A stretch of DNA of 64,000 bases from Candidatus Borrarchaeum weybense (GTDB lineage: Archaea; Asgardarchaeota; Sifarchaeia; Borrarchaeales; Borrarchaeaceae), in assembly GCA_019057385.1 (NCBI GenBank), contig JAHQJS010000004.1:598408-662407 (forward strand), in the 5' to 3' direction. Shown here in pieces: positions 51,165 through 61,290 of the stretch (the first letter of the stretch is position 1; each line of letters opens with the position of its first letter). The notes below the pieces were generated by a model. It made no database searches, was not told the origin of the DNA, and saw only the letters and a list, made by a program, of their open reading frames with translations. A program made the position numbers and the translations under genes.

Positions 51165-51794
51165 ATGCTTATCGTCATTCATAATGTTTATATGTACAGG
51201 GATTCTGGTGAATTGTTATACCATGAAGATTACCATTCCATATCTCAGGAAGTCGATCCTGTAGTTGTGAGCGGCTTTTTTTCTGCCATACAGTCCTTTG
51301 GCAAAACGATGACTGGCGATGAAAGTGATATTAAAGAGATTGACACAGAGAAATTTTTGATCACTTTTAGCAGGGATCCTGATTTTGGTGTAACTGTAGC
51401 ACTAGTGGTCGATCCAGAAGATAGAAAATGGGCTGGTACCGCAATTCTACAGTTATTAAAATTAGTTAAAGAAAAACTACGTGGCTTCCCTGAATCTCTA
51501 TTCATCACAGAATTACCCCTTAAAAGCTTAAAAGGATTTGATGAAGAAGTCGATAAGATCATCAGGCAATTTGTTGACAAAGCTATAAGTCAAAAAAAGA
51601 AGGTAATTCCGATTCTACTAAAGAAGGATAATATTAAAGTCTCGTTGGAACAAAGCCAAATTTTGAATCTTGTAGATGGTGAACGTTCGATTTCGGAGAT
51701 CGCTGATCTTTTAAATTTGCTCTATTTCCGTGTTATGATGATATGTTTAGACTTGAAGAAAAGGGGCATTATAGATACGAAGGAGATATTTTAG
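51165..51794 (+). CDS. Longin + winged-helix protein (NPRL2-like)
   Basis: YMYRDSGELLY..VSGFFSAIQSF longin; VIPILL..QILNLVDGERSISEIA..RGII winged helix. Confidence 0.75.
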   Translation: MLIVIHNVYMYRDSGELLYHEDYHSISQEVDPVVVSGFFSAIQSFGKTMTGDESDIKEIDTEKFLITFSRDPDFGVTVALVVDPEDRKWAGTAILQLLKLVKEKLRGFPESLFITELPLKSLKGFDEEVDKIIRQFVDKAISQKKKVIPILLKKDNIKVSLEQSQILNLVDGERSISEIADLLNLLYFRVMMICLDLKKRGIIDTKEIF

Positions 51795-51943
51795 TTAACC
51801 TTTTAGACCGCAAATTTGTCCCCCCCTCTTAACACCAAAAGAAATATATTTAGCCCTTACGTCATTCTCTAAGAGAACTGTGAGTTTAGAATTTTGATTT
51901 TTCCATAACGGTTGAATTAAAGGAACTCAATGAGGTTAGAAAC

Positions 51944-52456
51944 ATGGGTGTTAAGGGTTGGCTAGGCCATAAATTAAAGACAAAGAAAACAAGTCTTGAA
52001 TTATATCAAGCGACAATTGCTGGTATTGTGGATACCTTCTTAGCAAAAAATGAGGGTGACATTGAGAAAACAAATGCAGATATCAAAGATCTTGGAGAAA
52101 GGATGACAGCAACACTTCTCATGGGTTACGCAGAAAAAATGAAAGAACATGCCCCTTCCTTTGAAAAATTTAAAGATACGTTGTCTTTAGCTTACAAATT
52201 CTACTCAGGAAATAGTTTTACAGATGCAGTATATGATCCACAACGCAAAGTAATCCGCTTTGAGGACGACAATTGCTTTATATGCCGTGGTATTACATTA
52301 TCTGATGACTTGAAAGATTTAAAATACTGTAGTGTAGTCCCAGGTATTTTTACTGGTGTAATGAAGCTTAGAGGTTTTCCTGCCGATTGTAACCAAATCG
52401 AATGCAAAGCTGCTGGTGGGCAGACGTGTGCTTATGAATTAGTGTCCTTTGAATGA
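51944..52456 (+). CDS. V4R / TRAPP Bet3-like protein
   Basis: KDLGERM helix, DNCFIC, YC...PG...G, ECKAAG...CAY Cys pattern. Confidence 0.75.
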   Translation: MGVKGWLGHKLKTKKTSLELYQATIAGIVDTFLAKNEGDIEKTNADIKDLGERMTATLLMGYAEKMKEHAPSFEKFKDTLSLAYKFYSGNSFTDAVYDPQRKVIRFEDDNCFICRGITLSDDLKDLKYCSVVPGIFTGVMKLRGFPADCNQIECKAAGGQTCAYELVSFE

Positions 52457-52641
52457 GGTTTTTCTATTAACGATTTCTCATTCTTTTTTTGTCTTGTTTT
52501 TCTAGATATTCAAATATAAAAGGTCGCGCTGCATTCTGCAGCAAATTGCCTTCCAAGTGATACTGTGGCTATTACAAAAATTTTTTATAATTATTTACGT
52601 TTTTTAACGCGAAAGAAATAATAATAGTATCAGATTTCTTC

Positions 52642-54621
52642 GTGTTATATCCACTTTATATAATTACAAATAAGAAGGCTTCGCGTTTGAAATCTATCGA
52701 CAAGACACCGGTTGATCAAGAAGGGAATGTTTGTGATTTAAAGCTAGCTGTGTGTGACCCAAAAGAGTTATACGAGAAACTGACAGATGACAGAAGCGGA
52801 ATTGTGGGACGTAAGCGCGAACTTAAACTAATTTTGAGTGCAATTTGCTCAGGCAAATCCATCCTCCTCGAAGGACCTCCAGGCACCTCAAAATCCACTA
52901 TACTTCACGAACTGTGCTGTTCGCTCGGATTATGTCTATTTTATTGTGAAGGTAATGCTGATTTAACTGCATCGAAGATGGTGGGATACTTTGATCCAGC
53001 AGCTGTACTACAAACTGGATACGTTCCCGAAAATTTCAATGAAGGAGTTCTCACTAGAGCAATGGGAAGTGGTGGTATACTGTACATCGAAGACATAAAC
53101 AGAGTACCGCCCGATGCACTTAATGCGTTAGTGACGGTGCTCTCTGAAAGAGAAGTTCACATTCCCCGATATGGGATGATTAAAGCTCACGGTGATTTCC
53201 GTGTTGTGGCCTCATTAAGTATTTTCGATAGTTTAGGCCCTGTTAAATTAAGTCGTGCAATTCTTGACCGTTTCGTCAAGATCAAATTAGATTATCAATC
53301 TGAAGAAGAGGAAAAAGAAATAGTAAACCGCGTCACTCAGATCGATGCACCTTGGTTGGTGGATCTTGGTGTAAAAATTGGTCGTGCAACACGAGAACAT
53401 CCTGACCTAAAGGTGGGTGCGAGTATTAGAGGTGCCATTGATTTTGCGCGTCTTGCTTCCGATGAGATACGCTTTAATTCATCTCTGCAGCTCCAAGATC
53501 ATCTTCTACAAATTGCGTATCTCGCTTTTTCAGCGAAAATCAAGAGAAAACCGACATGTGAACTGACAGAAGAAGAAATCATAGAGGAATTATTCAGAAC
53601 AGCTATGATGGGAGGTTCTCTTGATGAGTTATTAAAAAGAAGGGCAGAGGACAAAGGCGAAGACGCACAAATGAGTTTCGTTCGTGGTCCCGAGCCTGAC
53701 TGGGACTTAGTTGATGCAATTCGTGAGAAAAGACTATTAAAACTTAAACAGATTGCTGAAGAGGGTGATATGGGCGCAACAAAATTAGGACAAGCGTTGT
53801 CTAAAATCCCTGATAAAAGTATGTTTCAAGACGTATTTCAAGGGCCATTAGCGCCAGAACTCTATGTCCTCATAAGACAGGCTTTAGAAAAGCGTCGTAA
53901 AGCCTTAGCGAGAGAATTAGCAACTCAAGTTATTCTTGATCGGGCCCAAAACATGACTTTTTTTGGATTACGTGATGGTGATCGAAAGCGGTTTAGGTTT
54001 GATGGAGATGGGGTTATCGATATTGATCGAACCGTAGAAAATATTGTGGAGAAGGGACCGCGAAATGTTGAGCCAGATGATATAATTGTTACTAAACGTG
54101 AGAGAGTAAAACGAGCATGTTTATTGATGATTGATGCTTCGGAAAGCATGCTTAAAGAGAAGTTAGGACTTGCAGCACTTGCAGCGGCAGTTATTTCGCT
54201 TAAATATTCTTCAAGGAATGATTTCTACGGTGTAGTTGCATTTCATTCAAAGCCATTCCTTCTCAAACAAATAGATCATGATACCCCAGTCGATAAGGTT
54301 ATAGAGTATATTCTAACTCTAGAAGCGAGTTCACTGACCAATTACTACTCAGCGTTCAAAGAGGCAAGTACTGAATTTTCAAAGATAACTTCATTCAAAA
54401 AAGAGATTTTTCTGATGACTGACGGTGTTTGGACTTACGGAGAAGATCCAATACCTTTTATTCAAAATAATGCCAATATAAGCCGAGTTAATGTTCTGTA
54501 TTTAGATCCGGGAAACCTCCAATTCGCTAAAGAATTAGCTTACAAAGGACAAGTGATTAAGATTGATGGATGGCCCTCCATTGTCAGAGGTATCAATCGA
54601 ATTATGAACACGCCTTATTAA
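52642..54621 (+). CDS. MoxR-type AAA+ ATPase fused to a vWA domain
   Basis: EGPPGTSKS, YIEDINR, AILDRF, ASIRGA; MIDAS motifs DASES and TDG. Confidence 0.88.
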   Translation: MLYPLYIITNKKASRLKSIDKTPVDQEGNVCDLKLAVCDPKELYEKLTDDRSGIVGRKRELKLILSAICSGKSILLEGPPGTSKSTILHELCCSLGLCLFYCEGNADLTASKMVGYFDPAAVLQTGYVPENFNEGVLTRAMGSGGILYIEDINRVPPDALNALVTVLSEREVHIPRYGMIKAHGDFRVVASLSIFDSLGPVKLSRAILDRFVKIKLDYQSEEEEKEIVNRVTQIDAPWLVDLGVKIGRATREHPDLKVGASIRGAIDFARLASDEIRFNSSLQLQDHLLQIAYLAFSAKIKRKPTCELTEEEIIEELFRTAMMGGSLDELLKRRAEDKGEDAQMSFVRGPEPDWDLVDAIREKRLLKLKQIAEEGDMGATKLGQALSKIPDKSMFQDVFQGPLAPELYVLIRQALEKRRKALARELATQVILDRAQNMTFFGLRDGDRKRFRFDGDGVIDIDRTVENIVEKGPRNVEPDDIIVTKRERVKRACLLMIDASESMLKEKLGLAALAAAVISLKYSSRNDFYGVVAFHSKPFLLKQIDHDTPVDKVIEYILTLEASSLTNYYSAFKEASTEFSKITSFKKEIFLMTDGVWTYGEDPIPFIQNNANISRVNVLYLDPGNLQFAKELAYKGQVIKIDGWPSIVRGINRIMNTPY

Positions 54622-54662
54622 GATTCTCAATTTCTTTTGGAACAAACCAGAGAATAGTGGAA

Positions 54663-55691
54663 ATGGTTATGCAGATTGAAGAATGGCCGCTTAGGGATGG
54701 CGATGTTATTTTAACCAAAAAGGGCTTTATTTTTTACACCTTTGGATATAATCATCCAAAAGATCATATTATTACATTTCTAAAGTATATTCCGCTGAAA
54801 TACAAAGACTTATTTGACGCAAAAATTAATTTTCTAGAATGGCAATGGATGCTTAACAACGAACCACTCGTTCGACCCACTGAATTGTACTATGGAGACA
54901 TTTTATTATCCATATTACGAGAAAACTTTCCAGAATATCTTTATTTTTCTAAGGTTTTCAACAAAGAAATCATTGTAGTTCCAAAGCTAGAAATCAAAAC
55001 TATTTTTGTCCCAAAAAAGGGGTTTTCGCTACTTGTAAATAAAGAAAATCCGGATACACTAGAAAAAGAAGCGATTTCTCTCATTAAATTACTATCTAAG
55101 ACAAGCGAAGTGCCTCTTAACAACTTTGGAATCCATGGATCAATACTGCTTGGAACTCACAATGAAAAAAGTGATATAGATATAGCAGTTTACGGGTATT
55201 CTAATTTTAAAAAAGTTAAAGACTCAATGAGGACTTTAGTATCGTTAGATCCGTCAATTGAATATCTTCTTGATCATAAATATGACATGTTCCGGAAAAA
55301 TCGAGGTCTCTACAATTCCCGACGTTTTGTGATCAATGCTACCCGGCAAAAAGAAGAAATTCAAGAAGTGTATGGCAATAAAGTTTATACGCCTCTGGCT
55401 GACATTTCCTTTCAGGCAAAGATAACTGATAACACAGAAGCAGTCTTTCGTCCGGCACATTATAAAATTATAGATTTCATTAATTTAAGTTCTAGTCTTC
55501 CGTATGTTATACCTGATGAAGTTATATCTATGATTGGTCAATACCGCGATATTGCGGACGTAGGTGATAGGCTTCAAGGAAAAGGCGTTCTTGAAGAAAT
55601 TCGCAATATCATAACAAACGAGAAAACCTATAGAATAGTTGTTGGTTCAGGAAGGCCCCATGAGTATATTGAGCCTTATGAGCAACCATAA
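54663..55691 (+). CDS. Archaeal Pol-beta-superfamily nucleotidyltransferase (COG1665-like)
   Basis: LRDGD, GYNHP, GIHGS, SDIDIAVYG; start approximate. Confidence 0.75.
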   Translation: MVMQIEEWPLRDGDVILTKKGFIFYTFGYNHPKDHIITFLKYIPLKYKDLFDAKINFLEWQWMLNNEPLVRPTELYYGDILLSILRENFPEYLYFSKVFNKEIIVVPKLEIKTIFVPKKGFSLLVNKENPDTLEKEAISLIKLLSKTSEVPLNNFGIHGSILLGTHNEKSDIDIAVYGYSNFKKVKDSMRTLVSLDPSIEYLLDHKYDMFRKNRGLYNSRRFVINATRQKEEIQEVYGNKVYTPLADISFQAKITDNTEAVFRPAHYKIIDFINLSSSLPYVIPDEVISMIGQYRDIADVGDRLQGKGVLEEIRNIITNEKTYRIVVGSGRPHEYIEPYEQP

Positions 55692-55711
55692 AGTAAACCC
55701 AGTGATTCATA

Positions 55712-56803
55712 GTGGATGCAGATAACCTCAAATTAAGAGATAGAGACGATATACTTACACAAGAGGGAATTATCTTCCGTGTCTTGGGTTATCAGCATCC
55801 TCCAGAGGGTTGGATTTGTGAGCCTATTTATGCTCCTAAATCTATATTTTCATCAAACAACCCGAAAAGTCCAAGAGGGTTTCCCGAAACATCTTATTAC
55901 AAATTTTATGAAAACGAGGGAATGACGTGGGTGTGGAAGAATTATCCCTCCTACAGGGTTTATAACAGACCACTTCAAACTAAATTAATCGGTGTAAAAA
56001 ATAATCAGATCGTCATACTTAGAAAACCAAGTGTTGGATTAAAGGAATTAATGAAAGAAAGGAAATCTAATGATGTTCTTGCACAGAAAGCAATTGAGAT
56101 CCTTGAATTTGTTTTAGATGAAACTGAGTTACGAGTTGACGACTTCGGGATATTTGGATCATTATTACACGGTTTTCATCATCCATTAAAAAGCGATCTT
56201 GATTTTGTGGTTTATGGTCGTAATTCGCTATCGAAGCTCTTGCCTACTCTTGAGGATTTGTATTCAAGGAACAAAGGGAATATTGTGTTGAAAAATGAAT
56301 ATGATGGATTCCATAAAACCTATATTGAACAAAAAAACTGGCGCTTCACATGGATGTCTATTGAAGAATATATCTCTCACGAAAGACGAAAATTAATTTG
56401 GGGCTCCTATAAAGACTCCTCGACAAATAGGGATATTAAAATCGAATTCGAGCCTGTAAGAACTTATGATGAAATCGAGGATGAATATTCAAATACAGAG
56501 AGAATCATATCCGAAGGATGGATTGTTATAGAAGGTGAAATAGTCGAAGATAAAGATGCGTATTTCATGCCATCCGTCTATGGCATTACATTAGAAAAAA
56601 TCGTAGAAGGAAAGATCCCAGATAACGAATTAAAAAGAATTATTTCATTTGTCGAAGAATTCAGGGGTCAAGCAAGAATCGGCGACCGAGTATTGGTCAC
56701 TGGAACTCTTGAAAAGGTTGAAATGAAATCTAGCGAATTTTATCAAATCACTCTTACTTACTGTGAAAGATATTTCGACCAAGTAATGAAAGTGATCTCT
56801 TAA
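55712..56803 (+). CDS. Archaeal nucleotidyltransferase (COG1665-like), tandem paralog
   Basis: LRDRD, GYQHP, GIFGS, SDLDFVVYG. Confidence 0.75.
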   Translation: MDADNLKLRDRDDILTQEGIIFRVLGYQHPPEGWICEPIYAPKSIFSSNNPKSPRGFPETSYYKFYENEGMTWVWKNYPSYRVYNRPLQTKLIGVKNNQIVILRKPSVGLKELMKERKSNDVLAQKAIEILEFVLDETELRVDDFGIFGSLLHGFHHPLKSDLDFVVYGRNSLSKLLPTLEDLYSRNKGNIVLKNEYDGFHKTYIEQKNWRFTWMSIEEYISHERRKLIWGSYKDSSTNRDIKIEFEPVRTYDEIEDEYSNTERIISEGWIVIEGEIVEDKDAYFMPSVYGITLEKIVEGKIPDNELKRIISFVEEFRGQARIGDRVLVTGTLEKVEMKSSEFYQITLTYCERYFDQVMKVIS

Positions 56804-56820
56804 TCAGCATTTTAAGTAGA

Positions 56821-58002
56821 TTGGGAAACATGACTAAACTCAACTTAGAACTAGTCAATCATTTTGTTTTGAATAAACAACATTTAACAGATCGTTCAAA
56901 AATTGATGATATTACACAAATTGCCAAAGACCTTGTAGGTCTACATGCCACCTTGCCAACAACACCCTATTTGTCTCTTTTTGCTAGAACTCGAAAATTT
57001 ACAAAAGAGCAGTTCGATAAAGAGTCCTATATTGAAAAAAATCTCGGTAAGATTCGATTTGTCCGAAAAACGATACATATTCTCCCACGAGATATGATTT
57101 CATATGCGTTTTCAGCAACAAGAAAGATGGCGGAAGTGGTTTCTGAACGATACAGTAAATATCTTGGTGCCGATCAAGATACGTATGAAAGGATCTCTCT
57201 ACTGATCTTAGAAATACTTAAAGAAAAAGGCATGACAACCACAGAACTCAAGAAAGCGTTAGACACTAAGTTAAAACTCTCTTCAATTCTTAATTTAATG
57301 TGTGATCAAGGTCTATTGATTCGTGGGCCTCCAAAAAAAGGATGGAATAGTAATATTCACATATATTATCTTTTTCAAGAGTATTTTCCAGAAGTAACTT
57401 TGAATGAGTTTGATGAAGAAAACGCAAAAAAATTCGTGGTGAAACAATACATTGGCTCGTTTGGCCCTGTAACAGTAAACGATGTTTCATGGTGGACAGG
57501 ATTTCGTAAGACAGAAACTAAGCAGATATTAGAAAGTTTCCAAAACGATTTAACTCATGTTGAAATTTCGCACTTAAAAGGAAATCATATCATCCTTCTT
57601 TCGGATCAAAAAAACCTAAATTCTCTAACTGCGCCACAAAAACACGTTGTTAATTTTTTACCACCACTTGATCCGTACACGATGGGGTATAAAGATCGTG
57701 AGAGATATTTATCTAATGAATACTATTATCATGTCTTTGATCGTTCTGGTAACGCTACATCATCAGTACTTCTTGATGGAAAAGTAATAGGGGTCTGGGA
57801 TTTCAAAGAAGACAAAACCGCTCAAGTTAAGTTGTTTCTTTTTGAAGAAGTTGAAAAAAACGTCTTAAAAGACATTCATACAAGCGCCCAAAAAGTTGGA
57901 AAATTCATATCTGAGAAGGAAGTTGAAATAAAAGAAGTTGACTCTATGATCCCCTTGACAAAGCGAACCGCTGGAGGATTTATGTCACCGCTTAAAGACT
58001 AA
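56821..58002 (+). CDS. AlkZ/YcaQ (HTH_42) DNA crosslink glycosylase family
   Basis: GLHAT..PYLSL..R, RKTIH, FGPVT..D..WW.G, LPPLDPY.MGY.DR. Confidence 0.82.
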   Translation: MGNMTKLNLELVNHFVLNKQHLTDRSKIDDITQIAKDLVGLHATLPTTPYLSLFARTRKFTKEQFDKESYIEKNLGKIRFVRKTIHILPRDMISYAFSATRKMAEVVSERYSKYLGADQDTYERISLLILEILKEKGMTTTELKKALDTKLKLSSILNLMCDQGLLIRGPPKKGWNSNIHIYYLFQEYFPEVTLNEFDEENAKKFVVKQYIGSFGPVTVNDVSWWTGFRKTETKQILESFQNDLTHVEISHLKGNHIILLSDQKNLNSLTAPQKHVVNFLPPLDPYTMGYKDRERYLSNEYYYHVFDRSGNATSSVLLDGKVIGVWDFKEDKTAQVKLFLFEEVEKNVLKDIHTSAQKVGKFISEKEVEIKEVDSMIPLTKRTAGGFMSPLKD

Positions 58003-58152
58003 AAAGTTGCTTTAAATTTATTATATGAGGTTTCAAATTTTAATAGAAAACAAGGCAGTGCCACACTTTTTGGCATCCAACAAAAGTCTTAAGAACCTAC
58101 TTACTTATGATAATTCTTAACTAGGTCAAACTTGGTGCTAGGAGGCTAATAA

Positions 58153-58389
58153 TTGAGTCGTAGTAAAGGAAAAGTATGCTCAATTGAAAACTGTGAAACT
58201 GAGTCAGTTAGATCTCTCTCAATCGAAAAGGCGGGAGAAGCTCTTAACTCAGCAGGTTTAAGCTATAAAGTAGCCCGACGACGGAACAGAATCTATCTCT
58301 GTGCAGAACATTATAAAAAGATAAAGAAATACTTAAAGAAGGCTCAAAAAGAGGAACGTTTACGTCAAACTAGAGGTCGTCCGTTTTAG
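58153..58389 (+). CDS. Small basic putative Zn-binding protein
   Basis: CxxxxC and CxxH motifs, GGAGG ribosome-binding site. Confidence 0.7.
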   Translation: MSRSKGKVCSIENCETESVRSLSIEKAGEALNSAGLSYKVARRRNRIYLCAEHYKKIKKYLKKAQKEERLRQTRGRPF

Positions 58390-58398
58390 CTTGATTTT

Positions 58399-58551
58399 TT
58401 AGTCTGGTAAGCCTCCTATATTGCTCTCGCTAATAAATTCGAGTAATTCTTCTACTAAAAAGTTTTGCCCTATTGTCAGACCCACAGCAAATGTAAGTAC
58501 TGCAATAACTAATAAGATTAATCCAATGACACGCGGTCTCAATTTTACCAC
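58399..58551 (-). CDS. 50-aa single-TM small protein (below the ORF-track cutoff)
   Basis: MVKLRPRVIGLILLVIAVLTFAVGLTIGQNFLVEELLEFISESNIGGLPD; basic N-terminus followed by a TM helix. Confidence 0.55.
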   Translation of the reverse strand: MVKLRPRVIGLILLVIAVLTFAVGLTIGQNFLVEELLEFISESNIGGLPD

Positions 58552-58614
58552 TCACTTAACTGAGCTTTAGTTTAAATCAATTTATATAAGTATTTACTTT
58601 TAATATCAAATATT

Positions 58615-58702
58615 GATAACCCGATGATTTCGCTCGGTAAACTGATTTCAAAGCCATGAAGGTTTGAAACATGACTGTCCCACGCAGGTACTGAGGGTTG
58701 TC
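58615..58702 (+). ncRNA. Box C/D guide sRNA
   Basis: 8-bp terminal stem GAUAACCC/GGGUUGUC, C-like AUGA at 58624, D' CUGA at 58642, internal hairpin, C'-like AUGA at 58671, D CUGA at 58691; TTTATATA at 58581 and a T-run after. Confidence 0.78.
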
Positions 58703-58736
58703 TTTTCTCAAAAAGTGAAGCCAGAAACAAAACAGA

Positions 58737-59486
58737 TTAACGTTTAGTTATTAAAATTTTCCCTTCTGTGAATTCATACCAGAATTCATCACGAGAGTAC
58801 TCACCTTCTGGCATTTTTTGGATCCTCAATGTGGTACGGAATGTATGCCATTCTTCTAACTCAGTCTTTGTAAGACTTATCACACCGTCAACCATATGCT
58901 CAAACGCTCTAAGGTAATGTTTCTGATGTGCATCGGCATGCACTATCATAACCAATACTCTGTCAGTTTTCTTCTGAGCTGCTATTTGGTGTTGTAAATA
59001 TGCCAATGGTGCTTTTTCGATATCAGAAGTTACAACCATTGTTGAAAAACTATCAACGACGCCTCGAATTTGAATCTGCGGGTTTACATGGAGTAGAGCT
59101 GACCTCACGACTTGGTTCACTTCACGAGTATCTGAGATGTTGCGGACGAAATATTTTGTCTCAGGTCTGAACTCTCCCCAAGAAAAGGGGTCTGTGAATG
59201 CATCAATATATATGAGTCGCCTAGTCTCTGTAACGATTTCGGGGTTTACTCCTAACGCCTTTAATAAACCTGAGTAAAATACAAATGGATGTTCTGTGCT
59301 TAAGATATATCCATATTCACCCTTCCGTAAAGCTTCCGTAAGAAATTTCATAACCAGTGGAGCTGGCTCTACACCAACTTTATCTTCTATTAATATAACT
59401 GATCCTCTAGGGATTCCTCCTCCTAATGCTAAATCTAATGTTGGAATACCAAATTTGGCTTTTGTAAGTTTTTTTTCTTCTTCCAA
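58737..59486 (-). CDS. Inactivated KaiC-like (RAD55) protein
   Basis: FGIPTLD..GGIPRGS start, Walker A degenerate (EDKVGVEP), VVDS, DGVI. Confidence 0.8.
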   Translation of the reverse strand: MEEEKKLTKAKFGIPTLDLALGGGIPRGSVILIEDKVGVEPAPLVMKFLTEALRKGEYGYILSTEHPFVFYSGLLKALGVNPEIVTETRRLIYIDAFTDPFSWGEFRPETKYFVRNISDTREVNQVVRSALLHVNPQIQIRGVVDSFSTMVVTSDIEKAPLAYLQHQIAAQKKTDRVLVMIVHADAHQKHYLRAFEHMVDGVISLTKTELEEWHTFRTTLRIQKMPEGEYSRDEFWYEFTEGKILITKR

Positions 59487-59501
59487 AATTGTCCCTTCCT
59501 A

Positions 59502-61190
59502 TTATAATTGATTATTGTGTCCCTTTGGTATAATTTCGTCGAATTGTTTCTTATAATACTCCCCTGTTTCCTCTGATATAAAGTTTTTTTCTTTCAGTTC
59601 AGATAAGCCTTTGAACAAAACTTCCTTCTTTGCCTTATCTGTTGTAAAATTTAACTGCAACAAAGCCTCATCAAAGATTTTCTGTAGTTTTTGATCTCCT
59701 TTTAACTTATCATTAATCATTTTATTTAATGCACTGATCCTTTCTTGAATCGGATGTGTTGTTGATTTCATTTGTTCATTAAGAGCTTTTGAAGACTCTA
59801 AGTCGATAATGACAGGAAGTCTTATGTTTAACCTAATACGGTTTCTATCATCTTTCTTCGCATATTTGTTAAGAATAAGCGGAATATACACCAATTTATG
59901 TTCATTAACCTTTTCAATCCATTTCGGTTGAAATAAAACTGATGATGTCCATTGAGTGCTTTGAATGGTTGACTCCGTATTATTTAGTGCTTCTTTAAGA
60001 TTTTTTATTTCTTTTAGTAGTTGTTGCTTTAGAAGTTCTAATGCTTCCAGTTTTTTTTGCTTATCATTTTTCAGGTTCACGATTTTTTGCTGTTCATTTT
60101 CTATTCTTTCAGAATTGTCCTTCTCAAGCTGCTCTTTTTTAGCTTCAGATTCCTCATAAATATGCTTAATCTTGTTATTGCATTTCTCATAGGAATAAGC
60201 AATTCTTCGAACGATATCTTCTATCTTTTTTGCGTCTTTCTTTGCAAATTTTACCATTGTGCCAGCTTTGTTCAATATATTTTCCGCAAACTGCTCTCCT
60301 TGAGCTTTTTGAACGTCATTGATTTCTTTATATGTATCGCGTACTTCTACATACAGCAAGCGAAGAACGTTTATATGTGGCTCTAATTCTTCTCGAAGCG
60401 TATGTATTTCACTATTTGTTTTGTTTTGTTTATCTTCATTTAACTGATGGATTTCACTTTCTAGCATTGCAATATATTCACTAATATTTTCATTCACTTT
60501 TGTAGTCATTTGATTGATTTGTGAATCATAATTTTCTTCTTGTATTATGCTCGTTTTAGCAATATCTTGAACCCAATTAGAGCTATTAGTTAAAACGGCT
60601 TGTTTAAATCCCTTGAACTCAACAAGGTTTTTGTCTATTGAAGACAGGAGATTATTGAATTCTTTGGTATATTCTTTTGCAGTGGTTTGTGATATTAAAG
60701 GCATAATGGGAATAATCTCTTCTTTATCAGTTTTTTTTGCGAGTTCAAGTAGAGAGGAAATCATTTCCATTAAATCTGGTTTAAAAAATCCAGAAATCTT
60801 TAGTTTATCTTTCTTTGGTCTTCTTTTCGATATTTCTGTCTTAATACTCTTTAGAATGTTCAAATAGTCATCTATCTCGACATTTAGTTTCTTTAAGTCG
60901 TTATAACGAGGAGGGGTTGTTATCTGGATATCTGCGCTTGAGATCTGTAGCCCATCAATAAAATACCCATAGTTTGTGTCAATAAGAAACGTCCAAAAAG
61001 GCCAACCTATTTTCGAAAATCCAATTATATCTTCATCGTCCTCTTTGTTCATATCCGTAGTCATAAATTGAATTGCAAATTCTATCGCCTGTGAAATCAG
61101 CGATTCTGCGTCTTTAATAGTTGCTTCTTTTTCAGCTTCTACTGTCCCTAGCACAAAAGGAACGAAAAGATGCGTATCTATTGATTCCAT
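59502..61190 (-). CDS. Hypothetical protein with a long central coiled coil
   Basis: E/K/Q-rich heptads between globular ends (WPFW; VYIP). Confidence 0.7.
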   Translation of the reverse strand: MESIDTHLFVPFVLGTVEAEKEATIKDAESLISQAIEFAIQFMTTDMNKEDDEDIIGFSKIGWPFWTFLIDTNYGYFIDGLQISSADIQITTPPRYNDLKKLNVEIDDYLNILKSIKTEISKRRPKKDKLKISGFFKPDLMEMISSLLELAKKTDKEEIIPIMPLISQTTAKEYTKEFNNLLSSIDKNLVEFKGFKQAVLTNSSNWVQDIAKTSIIQEENYDSQINQMTTKVNENISEYIAMLESEIHQLNEDKQNKTNSEIHTLREELEPHINVLRLLYVEVRDTYKEINDVQKAQGEQFAENILNKAGTMVKFAKKDAKKIEDIVRRIAYSYEKCNNKIKHIYEESEAKKEQLEKDNSERIENEQQKIVNLKNDKQKKLEALELLKQQLLKEIKNLKEALNNTESTIQSTQWTSSVLFQPKWIEKVNEHKLVYIPLILNKYAKKDDRNRIRLNIRLPVIIDLESSKALNEQMKSTTHPIQERISALNKMINDKLKGDQKLQKIFDEALLQLNFTTDKAKKEVLFKGLSELKEKNFISEETGEYYKKQFDEIIPKGHNNQL

Positions 61191-61290
61191 TTTTGAGCCT
61201 TCTTACATTATCATTGATAATTAACTATTTAACGACTTAATGGTTTTTATGAAAAATAAGCATTAGCAATAACTAGTAGGAGATAAACCT

